A DNA stretch of 64,000 nucleotides from Phycisphaerae bacterium (lineage in GTDB: Bacteria > Planctomycetota > Phycisphaerae > UBA1845). The DNA lies in NCBI GenBank assembly GCA_029260075.1, contig JAJDDY010000039.1, forward strand, positions 6,052 through 70,051, given 5' to 3'. The position numbers and the translations under genes were made by a program. The notes beneath the pieces are model-generated. The model saw only the letters and a program-made list of their open reading frames with translations. It was not told where the DNA came from and did no database searches. The stretch's first letter is position 1; every line of letters starts with the position of its first letter. Positions 50,145 through 59,795 of this stretch are shown here, one piece after another.

Positions 50145-51422
50145 ATGACCGTTGCCGCAGAGACCTCGTTCGACCACATCGCCGCCGTCGATCCGGAAAT
50201 CTTTCCCATCATGAACGCCGAGGTGCGTCGTCAGCAGGATACGATCGAGCTCATCGCCTCCGAAAACCATGTGTCGAAGGCCGTGCTTGAGGCATTGGGA
50301 TCGGTGTTCACGAACAAGTATGCCGAGGGTTATCCGGGACGAAGATACTACGGTGGCTGCGAGAACATGGACGGCGTCGAAGACTTGGCGCGCAACCGGG
50401 CCAAGCAAATCTTCGGATGCGACCATGCCAACGTTCAGCCCCATTCCGGAAGCCAGGCCAACACCGCGGTCTTTCTTGCTGCGCTCCAACCCGGCGACAC
50501 GATCTTGTCGCTCGACCTCGCACACGGCGGCCACCTGTCGCACGGGTTGAGAGTCAACATCAGCGGTTTGCTTTACAATATCGTTTCGTACGGCGTGGAC
50601 CGCAAGACGGAACAGTTTGACTTCAACGAAATTCGCCGCCTCGCTCGCGAGCATAAGCCTAAGTTGATCATCACGGGTGCGTCAGCCTACCCTCGCACGA
50701 TTGATTTCGACACGTTTTCGGAGATCGCCGAAGAAGTGGGCGCGGCGCACATGGCGGACATCGCGCACATTGCAGGCCTCGTGGCGACCGGTTTGCATCC
50801 CAGCCCAATCGCGTCTGCAGACTATGTCACGTCCACGACACACAAGACGCTTCGCGGTCCGCGCGGCGGACTCATCATGTGCAAAGAAGCATACGCCAAG
50901 AAGATCGATTCGCGCATCTTCCCCGGTTCACAGGGCGGACCCTTGATGCACTGCATCGCCGCCAAGGCGATTGCGTTTCACGAGGCGTTGCAGCCGGAGT
51001 TCGCGACCTATCAAGAGCAGATCATTGACAACGCCCGAGCGCTCGCCGAGGCGTTGGTGAGCAAGGGCAACCGCATCGTATCTGGCGGAACGGACAACCA
51101 TCTCATGCTGCTCGATCTGCGGCCGGCGTATCCCAACGTGACAGGTCAGCAGGCGGAAGACTGGCTTGGGGCGGCTGGGATGATTGTCAACAAGAACATG
51201 ATCCCGTTCGACGAGCGGAAGCCGACGCAAACCAGCGGACTGCGTCTCGGCACACCGGCGGCGACCACGCGCGGACTCAAAGAGGACGAGATGCGGCAAA
51301 TCGGCGTTTGGATCGATCGGGTGCTACAGAGTCAAGGTCCTGAGAGCGGATCGGACGGCGCGGCCACAATCGAAGCGGTACGCGCTGAAGTTCGTTCGAT
51401 GTGTGATCAGTTCCCACTGTGA
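50145..51422 (+). CDS. glyA: Serine hydroxymethyltransferase
   Basis: [45 protein letters not shown]. Confidence 0.97.
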   Translation: MTVAAETSFDHIAAVDPEIFPIMNAEVRRQQDTIELIASENHVSKAVLEALGSVFTNKYAEGYPGRRYYGGCENMDGVEDLARNRAKQIFGCDHANVQPHSGSQANTAVFLAALQPGDTILSLDLAHGGHLSHGLRVNISGLLYNIVSYGVDRKTEQFDFNEIRRLAREHKPKLIITGASAYPRTIDFDTFSEIAEEVGAAHMADIAHIAGLVATGLHPSPIASADYVTSTTHKTLRGPRGGLIMCKEAYAKKIDSRIFPGSQGGPLMHCIAAKAIAFHEALQPEFATYQEQIIDNARALAEALVSKGNRIVSGGTDNHLMLLDLRPAYPNVTGQQAEDWLGAAGMIVNKNMIPFDERKPTQTSGLRLGTPAATTRGLKEDEMRQIGVWIDRVLQSQGPESGSDGAATIEAVRAEVRSMCDQFPL

Positions 51423-51660
51423 CGGATGCGTCCGCGAGGGACGCAGGAACGGGTTTCCAATCTCGTCCGCGCCCATCCACAGCATCGCCACCACTGGCGG
51501 ACGACCGGAGGCCAATGTCTTCGACACACGACCGCGACGTCGCCATCGCAACTTCTCCGCACAAGTCAGCTCGATTCTCGAAAACAAACGGCCGAAACTG
51601 ACCGATAAGACGTGGTGGTATCGCGCGGGATCGCGCGTTTTGGGAACAGGAACCATCGCG

Positions 51661-53016
51661 ATGATCAACCACTCGGTAACTTGGCTGTTTGTTTCGGCAA
51701 TGTACTCACTCGCGGCGCCGCCGTTTGCGGAGCACGGGTTCGAGGAAGCCCGCGATGTTGCGGGTCGCGAGAACAAACTCGTCTTGCTGTTCTTCAGCAA
51801 GATTGACGACGACCAGAGCAACGGTTACCGGCAAGCGACTTGGCTTGACGACGAAGTGAAGACTTGGATCGAGGAACGCGCTGTAGCCATTGAGGTTTCG
51901 ACGAACGAGATGTCGCGCCTGAGTTCACGTTTCGACGTGGAAACCCTTCCGACCGTACTGTTGGTCTCGCCATCGGGATCGACGCGGGCGCGCATTAGCG
52001 GATATCGTGGACCGCGGCGGTTCATCTCGGAGATGAATCAGCGACTGCGGGCAAGTGACCCGCTGGCGCTGGCCCGGGAGCGATTCGACACATCGGCCGA
52101 CCAACCCTCAGCAGCACTTGCGTTCGCACGTGAACTAGAACGCATAGGTCGAATCGACGAAGCACTTGCGCAATACGTGAATGCGTTTGAGGGCAGAGGC
52201 GCTGCGATCACGAGCTACGGCGGTATTCAAATGTTAGTTCTTGACGAAGTCGGAAGGCTCGCTGCAACGAACGACGCCGCCAACGCCGTGCTCGTGCGAT
52301 GGCGTGACGAGAGTCGTCGTCGTCTTATTACCGGTAAGCCGCAGCGGACAGACCCAGCCATCCTCGTCACCGCCGATATGCAGCTCGATGCACTCCCCGA
52401 CGCGCTGTCAGCCTACCAAGTGGTCTCGGATCAGTACCCAAGACAACCGACGACGCGGCTATTGCGGGCGTCGATCGTCCGGGGCGCGATCGATGCTCGT
52501 GCCTACTCAACGGTCGTTAAGCTTGTCAACCCTGTCGAGCAAATCGGACAGGCCCATCAGCTATATCAAAACGACAGCAACCGCCCCATTCCGCCTGACG
52601 TTGATGCGGACAACTATCGTGCCTTCGTCCGTCGCACGTTCGTCGACCGAACGATTGGATACTATGAAGTGTTGATCGGGACCGGTCACGCGGATGAGGC
52701 ATCGACGGTCGCGTCTATGCTCTTGGCTGTTGACGGACGACCGACCACGTACCACGCGCTGGCTCAAGCCGGAGCGCGCACCGGCCAGCCGACATTGGAC
52801 AACGTAGCCCAAGCATCGTACGCGGTGGAACACACGACGCCGATATCGCTCGAAACGCTTTCGACGCTTGTTCGAATTCATACACTGCGGAAGGAAACCG
52901 AGGACGCTTCGCGAATCGTCGAGCTATATGCACCGAAGCTCGCAACGCAGCGCGATCGGAATACCTTGCGACAATGCTTGGCTGACAAGGCACCGACAAG
53001 TCCGATCGCGCCGTGA
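51661..53016 (+). CDS. Exported thioredoxin-like domain + helical repeat protein
   Basis: Signal-like N-terminus, KLVLLFF...RFDVETLPTVLLVSPSG thioredoxin-fold pattern without CxxC; TPR-like helices. Confidence 0.65.
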   Translation: MINHSVTWLFVSAMYSLAAPPFAEHGFEEARDVAGRENKLVLLFFSKIDDDQSNGYRQATWLDDEVKTWIEERAVAIEVSTNEMSRLSSRFDVETLPTVLLVSPSGSTRARISGYRGPRRFISEMNQRLRASDPLALARERFDTSADQPSAALAFARELERIGRIDEALAQYVNAFEGRGAAITSYGGIQMLVLDEVGRLAATNDAANAVLVRWRDESRRRLITGKPQRTDPAILVTADMQLDALPDALSAYQVVSDQYPRQPTTRLLRASIVRGAIDARAYSTVVKLVNPVEQIGQAHQLYQNDSNRPIPPDVDADNYRAFVRRTFVDRTIGYYEVLIGTGHADEASTVASMLLAVDGRPTTYHALAQAGARTGQPTLDNVAQASYAVEHTTPISLETLSTLVRIHTLRKETEDASRIVELYAPKLATQRDRNTLRQCLADKAPTSPIAP

Positions 53017-53052
53017 CATTTCTACTTCACGAACCGCCGCGTGCCTAGTCCC

Positions 53053-53187
53053 AGAATGTGTGCGAGAAGACGTATTGGAGGGTTTGCGATGAACCGAGCC
53101 GCGCCCGTGAGGAAGCGGTTTTCGCCAGCGAGCCAGGATCGCTTCCTTACGGGCGCGGCTCGAAAAGAAGCTTCTCACACACGTTCT
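53053..53187. mobile_element. Family-A REP doublet enclosed by different terminal inverted repeats
   Basis: AGAATGTGTGCGAGAAG / CTTCTCACACACGTTCT (15/17 match) around CCGAGCCGCGCCCGTGAGGAAGCG...CGCTTCCTTACGGGCGCGGCTCG. Confidence 0.65.
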
Positions 53188-53245
53188 CAGGCTGAACATG
53201 ACACAAGTGGATCGGATGTCGAAAGGGTCGGCAGCGTGACGATGG

Positions 53246-54286
53246 TCAGGGGGCGCCGGTCGGCAGGTTCCAGGGTGCGGCGTTGAGTACGCCGGCGGTC
53301 TGGTTTTTCGGGTCACCTACCCACTTGTAGGCCTCGGAGAGAACTTGTGCGCGTCTTTCGTACCCGCCCTGTTGGAATTCATCGCGAATCTTGCCGCCAG
53401 ACGAGCCCACGACAGACACCAGAATCTCCTCCAACGACCAGATGGTTCGCTCAAGAATGTCCCGCTCCTCGAAGGCAAGATTCGGCGCGTTGTATCGCTC
53501 CGCATCCAATCGGAGCAGCACCCCGAGTCGGTGAACAAGCTGAGTCTTCTGTGCAGCGGTCAACCCGTCGAGCACACCGGGGCGCTGAAGAAAATAGTAG
53601 GCAAACAGCTCGACCCCGTCTGCGATTCCGCCGAGCCGACGACGCGTCGACACACGCCGGTCCAGCAATGCGATGTACGTGTCGAAGACCACCGCGACTT
53701 GGCTAGGATAGTCGAGCGCCTCAAAAATTCGCCCCAAGACGGCCGAACTCGTCTCGGCAGCGCCCGCATCGGCCAACGCCTTAACGACCAGCGCCAGCTT
53801 GGGTGCATCGGTCCCTATGGCCGCCCGCTGCGCCACCAAGCCCTTGGCGCACAGCGCGCGTGGTACCACGTGCTTCGACTTAAGGCAAGACAGCAACGCA
53901 GGCAGCGTTTCCACCCGGTTGAGATCGACGAGAACCTGAGCCAGCGCCCAGGCGAGTCTTGGGTTGAGACGCGGATTGGAAAAACTGGTTTCCGCAACCT
54001 TTGCGAACTGGGCCGGGAACTGCGCAGCAAAGGCCTGCCCGTTGCCGGGATGCTGTGCCTGAATACGGAAACGTTCGCGGAAAGCTACCAACTCGCGGAA
54101 ATTGCTGATTTCGTTCGTGATCCACTGACGGATGCGATCCTGATCGCCCGAGCCGACGGCAGCCATGCCGCGGATCGTATCAATCATCGAATCCAACTGG
54201 TTTCCCTGCTGCGCACGAACGGCGGAATCCCCCACGCCCACGAGACAGACAAGGCACACCAAGCCATACACAACTGTTCTTCGCAT
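53246..54286 (-). CDS. Hypothetical exported alpha-helical (HEAT-like) protein
   Basis: Signal peptide MRRTVVYGLVCLVCLVGVGDSAVRA, 346-aa ORF. Confidence 0.75.
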   Translation of the reverse strand: MRRTVVYGLVCLVCLVGVGDSAVRAQQGNQLDSMIDTIRGMAAVGSGDQDRIRQWITNEISNFRELVAFRERFRIQAQHPGNGQAFAAQFPAQFAKVAETSFSNPRLNPRLAWALAQVLVDLNRVETLPALLSCLKSKHVVPRALCAKGLVAQRAAIGTDAPKLALVVKALADAGAAETSSAVLGRIFEALDYPSQVAVVFDTYIALLDRRVSTRRRLGGIADGVELFAYYFLQRPGVLDGLTAAQKTQLVHRLGVLLRLDAERYNAPNLAFEERDILERTIWSLEEILVSVVGSSGGKIRDEFQQGGYERRAQVLSEAYKWVGDPKNQTAGVLNAAPWNLPTGAP

Positions 54287-54806
54287 TCAACATCTCTCGT
54301 CGTCGCGACCGGGCAAGCTGTCGATCGGCCAACTTAACCAGGGGTTCCAAGCGAGGTCCGCAACGGAAATCGCCGCCTGGACTGCACCATCAGCGGGCTG
54401 TCGCCGCAGTCCAAAGAGGGGAAGCATCCCGGATCGCCCCACCTATGTCAAGTCACAGGGCACCGCACGAAGGCGGGGGAGAAGGGCACAACGCACGTTG
54501 TCTTGGCGGTCCGGACTGGGGCGTTTCCCTCCGTTCCGAACGTCAACCCGGCCCCACCCGTCCCGGGGTCAAGCCCACGCCATGGCGAGTGTGACGCGTT
54601 TTGGATAGCGCGCTCAGACGTAGTGTACCTTGACCCACGACGATAAGACGTATAGCTTCGCGGGCAGGCGAACGGCTTCTATCCAACTGTAGCGTCTGGG
54701 CACCAATTCTTCGTGGTACGCCATGACATTCCGCTGCTACCTTTGGAGCGAGAATGCCATAGTGTGTAGACACACCGCCATCCGGGGCTGCTTGGATTGA
54801 TGGTTC

Positions 54807-55463
54807 ATGGGCAAATCGGACAGCATACCGGCGCCAGCCGTTCGCCGCCTCAGCTTATACCTCCGACAACTCGAAGCCTTCCAGGTTCGCAGTGTGCGTA
54901 CGGTGTCAAGCAAACAGCTGGGTGAAGCGCTGAGCCTTTCCGACGCCCAGGTCCGAAAAGATCTCGCCTACTTCGGGCAGTTCGGCCTGCCCGGGGTCGG
55001 CTACCGCGTGCCCGACCTTATCCAGCGCGTCCGCGGCATTCTCGGTACGGACAAAATGTCCAACGCGTTGCTGGTCGGTGTCGGAAATCTCGGCCGGGCG
55101 CTGATAGCTTTTCGCGGATTCGCCAAGCGCGGATTTCGCATCGCAGCAGCGTTCGACAAGGATGCGTCAAAAATCGGGCTAGAAATATCAGGCCCGACGA
55201 TGCTGCGCGTTCAACCCCTCAAGGATATGGCGACGGCGGCTAAGGCTGAGTCGGCACGTCTCGGCGTCTTGGCGGTTCCGGCCGAGTCTGCTCAAGCGGT
55301 AGCGGATCAGATGATCGCAGCCGGGATACTCGGTCTATTGAACTTCGCGCCGGTGCGTTTGCAAGTTCGTTCGCATGTAGCCGTTTCTTCCGTCGACTTG
55401 GCTGTTCACCTTGAGCAGCTTTCGTTCCAACTCTCCGACCACGCCAATCCGGCGTGTGACTAG
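54807..55463 (+). CDS. rex: Redox-sensing transcriptional repressor Rex
   Basis: RRLSLYLR, QVRKDLAYFGQFG.PGVGY, VGVGNLGRAL, LNFAP. Confidence 0.95.
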   Translation: MGKSDSIPAPAVRRLSLYLRQLEAFQVRSVRTVSSKQLGEALSLSDAQVRKDLAYFGQFGLPGVGYRVPDLIQRVRGILGTDKMSNALLVGVGNLGRALIAFRGFAKRGFRIAAAFDKDASKIGLEISGPTMLRVQPLKDMATAAKAESARLGVLAVPAESAQAVADQMIAAGILGLLNFAPVRLQVRSHVAVSSVDLAVHLEQLSFQLSDHANPACD

Positions 55464-55629
55464 CAGTTTGTCACGACCCAAATGACGGGTTTGTCGGATC
55501 CGAGCCAATCCGAGCCGAGCCGCGACCGTGAGGGAGCGTTGTCGAGCTGTCACGTCCGACTTGCCAGAGTCCGCTTCCTTACCGACGCGGCTCCGCTAAC
55601 CCTTCCTTCGACGTGCAACAGAACACAAG
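55460..55629. mobile_element. MITE-like element family A copy
   Basis: CTAGCAGTTTGTCAC left end (contains rex stop), REP doublet core, degenerate right end. Confidence 0.72.
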
Positions 55630-55870
55630 CAGCCGGGTGACGCCCTTGTCCGTCTGTAGGCACGGTTGTGTCGGTGCGCTCGTGCGACGTCGGCTTTCCA
55701 CGCGCGCATGTATCGACCCTTCACTATGGCCGCGCCGTTTCAACCAACTGCTCGAACGCACGCCCGTTGTGATTAGGTCCTTGCTTGGCTACAATAAAGT
55801 TTGTTTGGACAGTCCCTCGCGTCTTTCGCATTGTCCTCGCGCCGTTCCGGCACCGGGAGCATTCGTCGGT

Positions 55871-56134
55871 ATGACACCATCGACCGACTCAACGTCTTCG
55901 CAACAGAAGCAACTACACAAGCGTATCGCCGCTGTGATCGAGACCGTTCGGCCCATGGCACAAAGCGACGGCGGAGATTTCGAACTCGTTGACGTTTCGC
56001 CCCATGGCGTCGTGCAGATTCGCCTGCTCGGCGCATGCGTCGGCTGCCCATCCAGCGAAACGACGATTTCTCTCGGCATCGAACGCGCACTGAAGGACCG
56101 CGTTCCAGAAGTCAAACGGGTAGTGCGCGTGTAG
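55871..56134 (+). CDS. NifU/NfuA-type Fe-S scaffold domain protein
   Basis: VRPMAQSDGGDFELV, RLLGACVGCPSS. Confidence 0.9.
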   Translation: MTPSTDSTSSQQKQLHKRIAAVIETVRPMAQSDGGDFELVDVSPHGVVQIRLLGACVGCPSSETTISLGIERALKDRVPEVKRVVRV

Positions 56135-56188
56135 CAAGTTAGGCGATGACAGTGCAGCGGGGTGCGTGACACAATCGGCGGGCAGCTT

Positions 56189-56270
56189 TCAGAGCCCGAA
56201 GCGCCAGCGCCGGGTCTTGGGTGGTCAACTAAACGTGTTGGGACCCGCTCGCTTGCGCTCGGGGCTCTGA
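56189..56270. repeat. Palindromic repeat doublet family E
   Basis: TCAGAGCCCGAAGCGCCAGCG...CGCTTGCGCTCGGGGCTCTGA. Confidence 0.7.
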
Positions 56271-56403
56271 CAAGAACTACGTCGCAGACTGAATCGCGCA
56301 CGGGTTCGATGATTCGCAAGCCGCCAAGAGTGTCACGCACGCTGTGCAGCGCTCTTCCAGTGCACGGCTGGCGTGATCAGGCGGCCGACGCCACAATAGA
56401 CGC

Positions 56404-57558
56404 ATGTCCCTCGACCCATTGCCAAACTCCGCCGACCAACGCCCGCAGTCGACCGACGTTCCGCCCAAACCGACGGCCGGCGACGAGTCTGGCACGACGA
56501 GCGCCGCGGGCGGCGGCCTGTTCGACCATTCGCTCGAATCGCTCGTCAGCTTGATGGCGTCGTGGAATCAGCCGAAGTTCCGAGCGTCGCAGATCATGGA
56601 ATGGACCTACCGTCGGTCGGCGACGAGCTACGGTGAAATGACCAATCTTCCCAACGCCCTTCGCGACCGGCTCGAAGGCGAATCACCCATGTATCAATCA
56701 AAGATAGTGCGTCAGCAGGATTCTCGTGACGGCACCACGAAAATACTTCTCGGTTGGCCCGGCGGAGCGACCACCGAGTGTGTAAGCATTCCGGGTGATC
56801 GCCGAAGAACGGCGTGCGTGTCGACGCAGGTTGGCTGTCCTGTGCGGTGTACGTTTTGTGCGAGCGGCGTGAACGGGTTGCAGCGTCAACTCACCGCCGG
56901 ACAAATCGTCGAGCAGGCCATGCGTCTCCGCAAGCTTGGCGACAACGCCGTCCGCCTATCGCACGTGGTGTTCATGGGTTTGGGTGAACCGCTGGCGAAC
57001 TTCGCAGCCACAAGCGGCGCGTTGACCAAGATCAACTCAGCAGACGGCATGGACATCGGCGCACGCAAGATTACGGTGAGCACCGTGGGGCTGCCGACGC
57101 CCATGCGTCGACTTGCGGACTTGCGTCTCCAGATCACGCTGGCCATCTCGTTGCATGCGCCGACGGACGAACTTCGCGCCGAACTCATACCGTGGGCCGA
57201 GCGCGTGCCGATCGCATCGCTCATCGACGCAGCCAATTACTATTTTCGTCAGACCGGCCGGGAGATTACGCTGGAATATCTTCTGCTCGACGGGGTCAAC
57301 AACGCCACGCACCACGCTAAGGAAACCGCGCGAGTGGCCAAGCAGATGCGTGCCAACGTGAACGTGATCGCGTATAACCCGGTCGAGGGGCTCCCCTATC
57401 GCCGCCCTTCCGACGAATCTACATCGCGGTTCGTGGCCACGCTTCGCCGGGAAGGCGTCAACACGCACCTCAGACGCAGTCGCGGTCGCGACATCGACGC
57501 CGCATGCGGACAACTCCGACGACGCGTAGCAGCCGAGAACGACAAGCGCGGCGTGTGA
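56404..57558 (+). CDS. rlmN: Dual-specificity RNA methyltransferase RlmN
   Basis: CVSTQVGCPVRCTFCASG, VFMGLGEP, ISLHA, RGRDIDAACGQL. Confidence 0.95.
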   Translation: MSLDPLPNSADQRPQSTDVPPKPTAGDESGTTSAAGGGLFDHSLESLVSLMASWNQPKFRASQIMEWTYRRSATSYGEMTNLPNALRDRLEGESPMYQSKIVRQQDSRDGTTKILLGWPGGATTECVSIPGDRRRTACVSTQVGCPVRCTFCASGVNGLQRQLTAGQIVEQAMRLRKLGDNAVRLSHVVFMGLGEPLANFAATSGALTKINSADGMDIGARKITVSTVGLPTPMRRLADLRLQITLAISLHAPTDELRAELIPWAERVPIASLIDAANYYFRQTGREITLEYLLLDGVNNATHHAKETARVAKQMRANVNVIAYNPVEGLPYRRPSDESTSRFVATLRREGVNTHLRRSRGRDIDAACGQLRRRVAAENDKRGV

Positions 57559-57708
57559 CAACAAACGGCGTGGAATCTCGGCCGCGACCCAGTCACTTGA
57601 GCCGTGACGAAGCACGCGCACCTGTTGAACAAGGCAGGTAATCCGGTCCGTCGCCAAAGACCGGCGTGCCCCAACGAGCGAGGTCCGCGTCATGAGGCGG
57701 AAATCGCT

Positions 57709-57748
57709 ATGGATCACCGGCTGGAAGCCGGTGCCACACTTAGTCAAC
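57709..57748. repeat. Palindromic repeat family D, copy 2
   Basis: ATGGATCACCGGCTGGAAGCCGGTGCCACACTT. Confidence 0.7.
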
Positions 57749-57843
57749 CACCTTCGATGCGCGTCGAACGGTTGACGACCCGGCCACGTCCTGATGCAAT
57801 GGACCGGCGATCTTCGTGTCGCGTCGCAATTTTCAGCAACGAA

Positions 57844-57916
57844 GGGCCTGTAGCTCAGCGGTTAGAGCAAGCGACTCATAATCGCTCGGTCGAGGGTTCG
57901 AATCCCTCTGGGCCCA
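57844..57916 (+). tRNA. tRNA with CAT anticodon, probably tRNA-Ile2 (lysidine); CCA not encoded
   Basis: GGGCCTG/TGGGCCC acceptor, TAGCTCAGCGGTTAGAGC D-arm, GCGA-CTCATAA-TCGC anticodon arm (ileX-like), GAGGG-TTCGAAT-CCCTC T-arm. Confidence 0.93.
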
Positions 57917-57918
57917 GT

Positions 57919-57960
57919 GGCGTTTCCGGTGTCGAAAGAGCCGGAAACGCCCATTCTTGT
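57919..57960 (+). terminator. Hairpin downstream of tRNA
   Basis: GGCGTTTCCGG...CCGGAAACGCC 11-bp stem followed by CATTCTTGT. Confidence 0.55.
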
Positions 57961-58111
57961 GGTCTCGCCAATACGTATCGCACGCGTTGCGTTCCCGCTC
58001 GATAGGACACCTTGCGACGTGAAGCCATGGGCTGTTGCTGGACGATGAAGGACTCACGCGACAACGGCAGCGGAACGGCGCAACCAACGCGACGTGAGAT
58101 TCGATCTCGAT

Positions 58112-59041
58112 CTACGAGTCGCGCGGCGGGCGTGTGAATTCGGGGTGATGAATCGCTCGGGTCAACTTGATGGCTTCGACCGTCTGGGCGACGTCGTGAA
58201 CTCGTACTATGGCGGCTCCGGCGAGCGCAGCCAATACGGCGCACGCCAGCGATCCACCCAATCGCTTGCTTGATGCTTCCCCAACCGTGCCCGATCCTTC
58301 CGCGTGTGCCCGACCGGATGAGCGTACACTCCGCTCGCATCTAGCAAGGTGTCCGATGAACGACTTTCTTGACGCTCCGACGAGCAGAGGCTGCCCGAGT
58401 TTCGCAAAGTGATCGAGCCGGCGCAAAAGGGTGAGGTTGTGCTCGACCCGCTTCCCGAAGCCAAGCCCGGGATCGAAGATGATTCGGTCGGCGCGGATAC
58501 CACATGCGATAGCGTGCGCTCTACACTCTCTTAGAAAATCCGTGACTTCGCCGACCACGTCGTCGTAGCGCGGTCCGCCGCCTTGCTGCATGTCCGCGGG
58601 CGTGCCGCGCATGTGCATCAGTACAACCGACACACCGGTATCGGCGGTAAGCGCAGCCATTTCGGAATCGTCTCGCAGCGCTGAGACGTCGTTGATCATG
58701 TTCGCGCCAGCGTTGATCGCTGCGGACGCCACATTCGCCGACCGCGTATCGATCGACAGCGTGATCGTGCGATGACGTTCGCGGATGCGTTCTATGACCG
58801 GAATGGCACGAGCGATTTGCTTGTCGTCCGAGACGGGTTCGGCGCCTGGTCGGGTCGACTCCGGGCCGACGTCGATCACCGCCGCGCCCTCATCGATCAT
58901 TGCGAACGCCCGGCGCACAGCGTCGCCGGGTGACAGATGAAGGCCACCGTCGCTGAACGAATCCGGCGTCACGTTCAAAATGCCCATGACGAGCGTTTGT
59001 TGGTTCAGATCAGGAGCGGGCGTGGTGGGAGAGGGACACAT
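58112..59041 (-). CDS. folP: Dihydropteroate synthase
   Basis: MGILNVTPDSFSDGG, ESTRPGA, DPGLGFGK, GASRKSF, VRVHDV. Confidence 0.96.
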   Translation of the reverse strand: MCPSPTTPAPDLNQQTLVMGILNVTPDSFSDGGLHLSPGDAVRRAFAMIDEGAAVIDVGPESTRPGAEPVSDDKQIARAIPVIERIRERHRTITLSIDTRSANVASAAINAGANMINDVSALRDDSEMAALTADTGVSVVLMHMRGTPADMQQGGGPRYDDVVGEVTDFLRECRAHAIACGIRADRIIFDPGLGFGKRVEHNLTLLRRLDHFAKLGQPLLVGASRKSFIGHLARCERSVRSSGRAHAEGSGTVGEASSKRLGGSLACAVLAALAGAAIVRVHDVAQTVEAIKLTRAIHHPEFTRPPRDS

Positions 59042-59050
59042 GGATTAAGA

Positions 59051-59123
59051 AAACGTCGAAAACGTCGAAACGGTCGGTTCTCGAAATTTCGACGTGTCGA
59101 CTTTTCCCCTATTTTGACGTTTC
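59051..59123. repeat. Inverted array of 8-9-nt repeats (AACGTCGAA / TTTCGACG)
   Basis: AAACGTCGAAAACGTCGAAA...TTTCGACGTGTCGACTTTT...TTTTGACGTTTC; same unit as 49973. Confidence 0.6.
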
Positions 59124-59134
59124 TCTCCTGTTCC

Positions 59135-59359
59135 CTATTTTCGGTAGGTGATGCGACCGCGCTTTAGGTCGTAGGGGGACAGCTCGACCAGCACGGTGTC
59201 GCCGGGCAGAATTCGGATGTAGTACTTGCGCATCTTTCCGGAAATCGTGGCTAGAATCAGATGATCCTCGCCACCGACATCCGCCTTGACACGAAACATA
59301 GCATTGGGGAGGGCCGCCACGACGACGCCTTCTACCTCTATGGCATTAGCTTTCGCCAT
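59135..59359 (-). CDS. infA: Translation initiation factor IF-1
   Basis: [47 protein letters not shown]. Confidence 0.97.
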   Translation of the reverse strand: MAKANAIEVEGVVVAALPNAMFRVKADVGGEDHLILATISGKMRKYYIRILPGDTVLVELSPYDLKRGRITYRK

Positions 59360-59795
59360 AAGAATCCTTCAATCGGCGGCTACCCAAGGACCGCTAGACC
59401 GTTCCGCCCGTGCCGAACCGCCCTATGGTCAGCAAGACCGCCTAACAGATGGCCGCCATCACGCGCAACGGCCGTCGATTCTAACGCCGAACCGCACTTG
59501 GCCGGCAAACATGCACTATCGTCTTATTGCATCCAGAGGCGTGAACAAACCGAGTTGCCTCGTCCGCCAGTATACCAAGGGGACGAATTGTCACAACCGG
59601 ACGGGGGAGCCGCTTTACGGACGGCGCCGCTTTCGGTACCTATCAGTACGTCGGATCGCCAATCTGCGTCGGGCGATCGGACTGTGATCACGATCGACGG
59701 CTGTTGGCCTTATCCGCGGACGCAAGTCAGAAGGTAACGAACGAGTGGCCCTGCGGAGCGCACAGCGCACGTGCCCATGTTGAGCGAGTAATTCC

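Noticed and set aside
54340-54420. SRP RNA-like GAGGTCCGCAACGGAA and a nearby hairpin
   Set aside because: Does not match the CAGG..GNRA..AGCAG helix-8 pattern and lacks the long closing stem
57844-58110. tRNA as an integration site
   Set aside because: No integrase and no duplicated tRNA 3' end seen in the window
58270-58350. Apparent ~25-aa insertion in FolP (RCERSVRSSGRAHAEGSGTV) as another in-frame repeat
   Set aside because: No clear palindrome or second copy; this loop varies in length in the family
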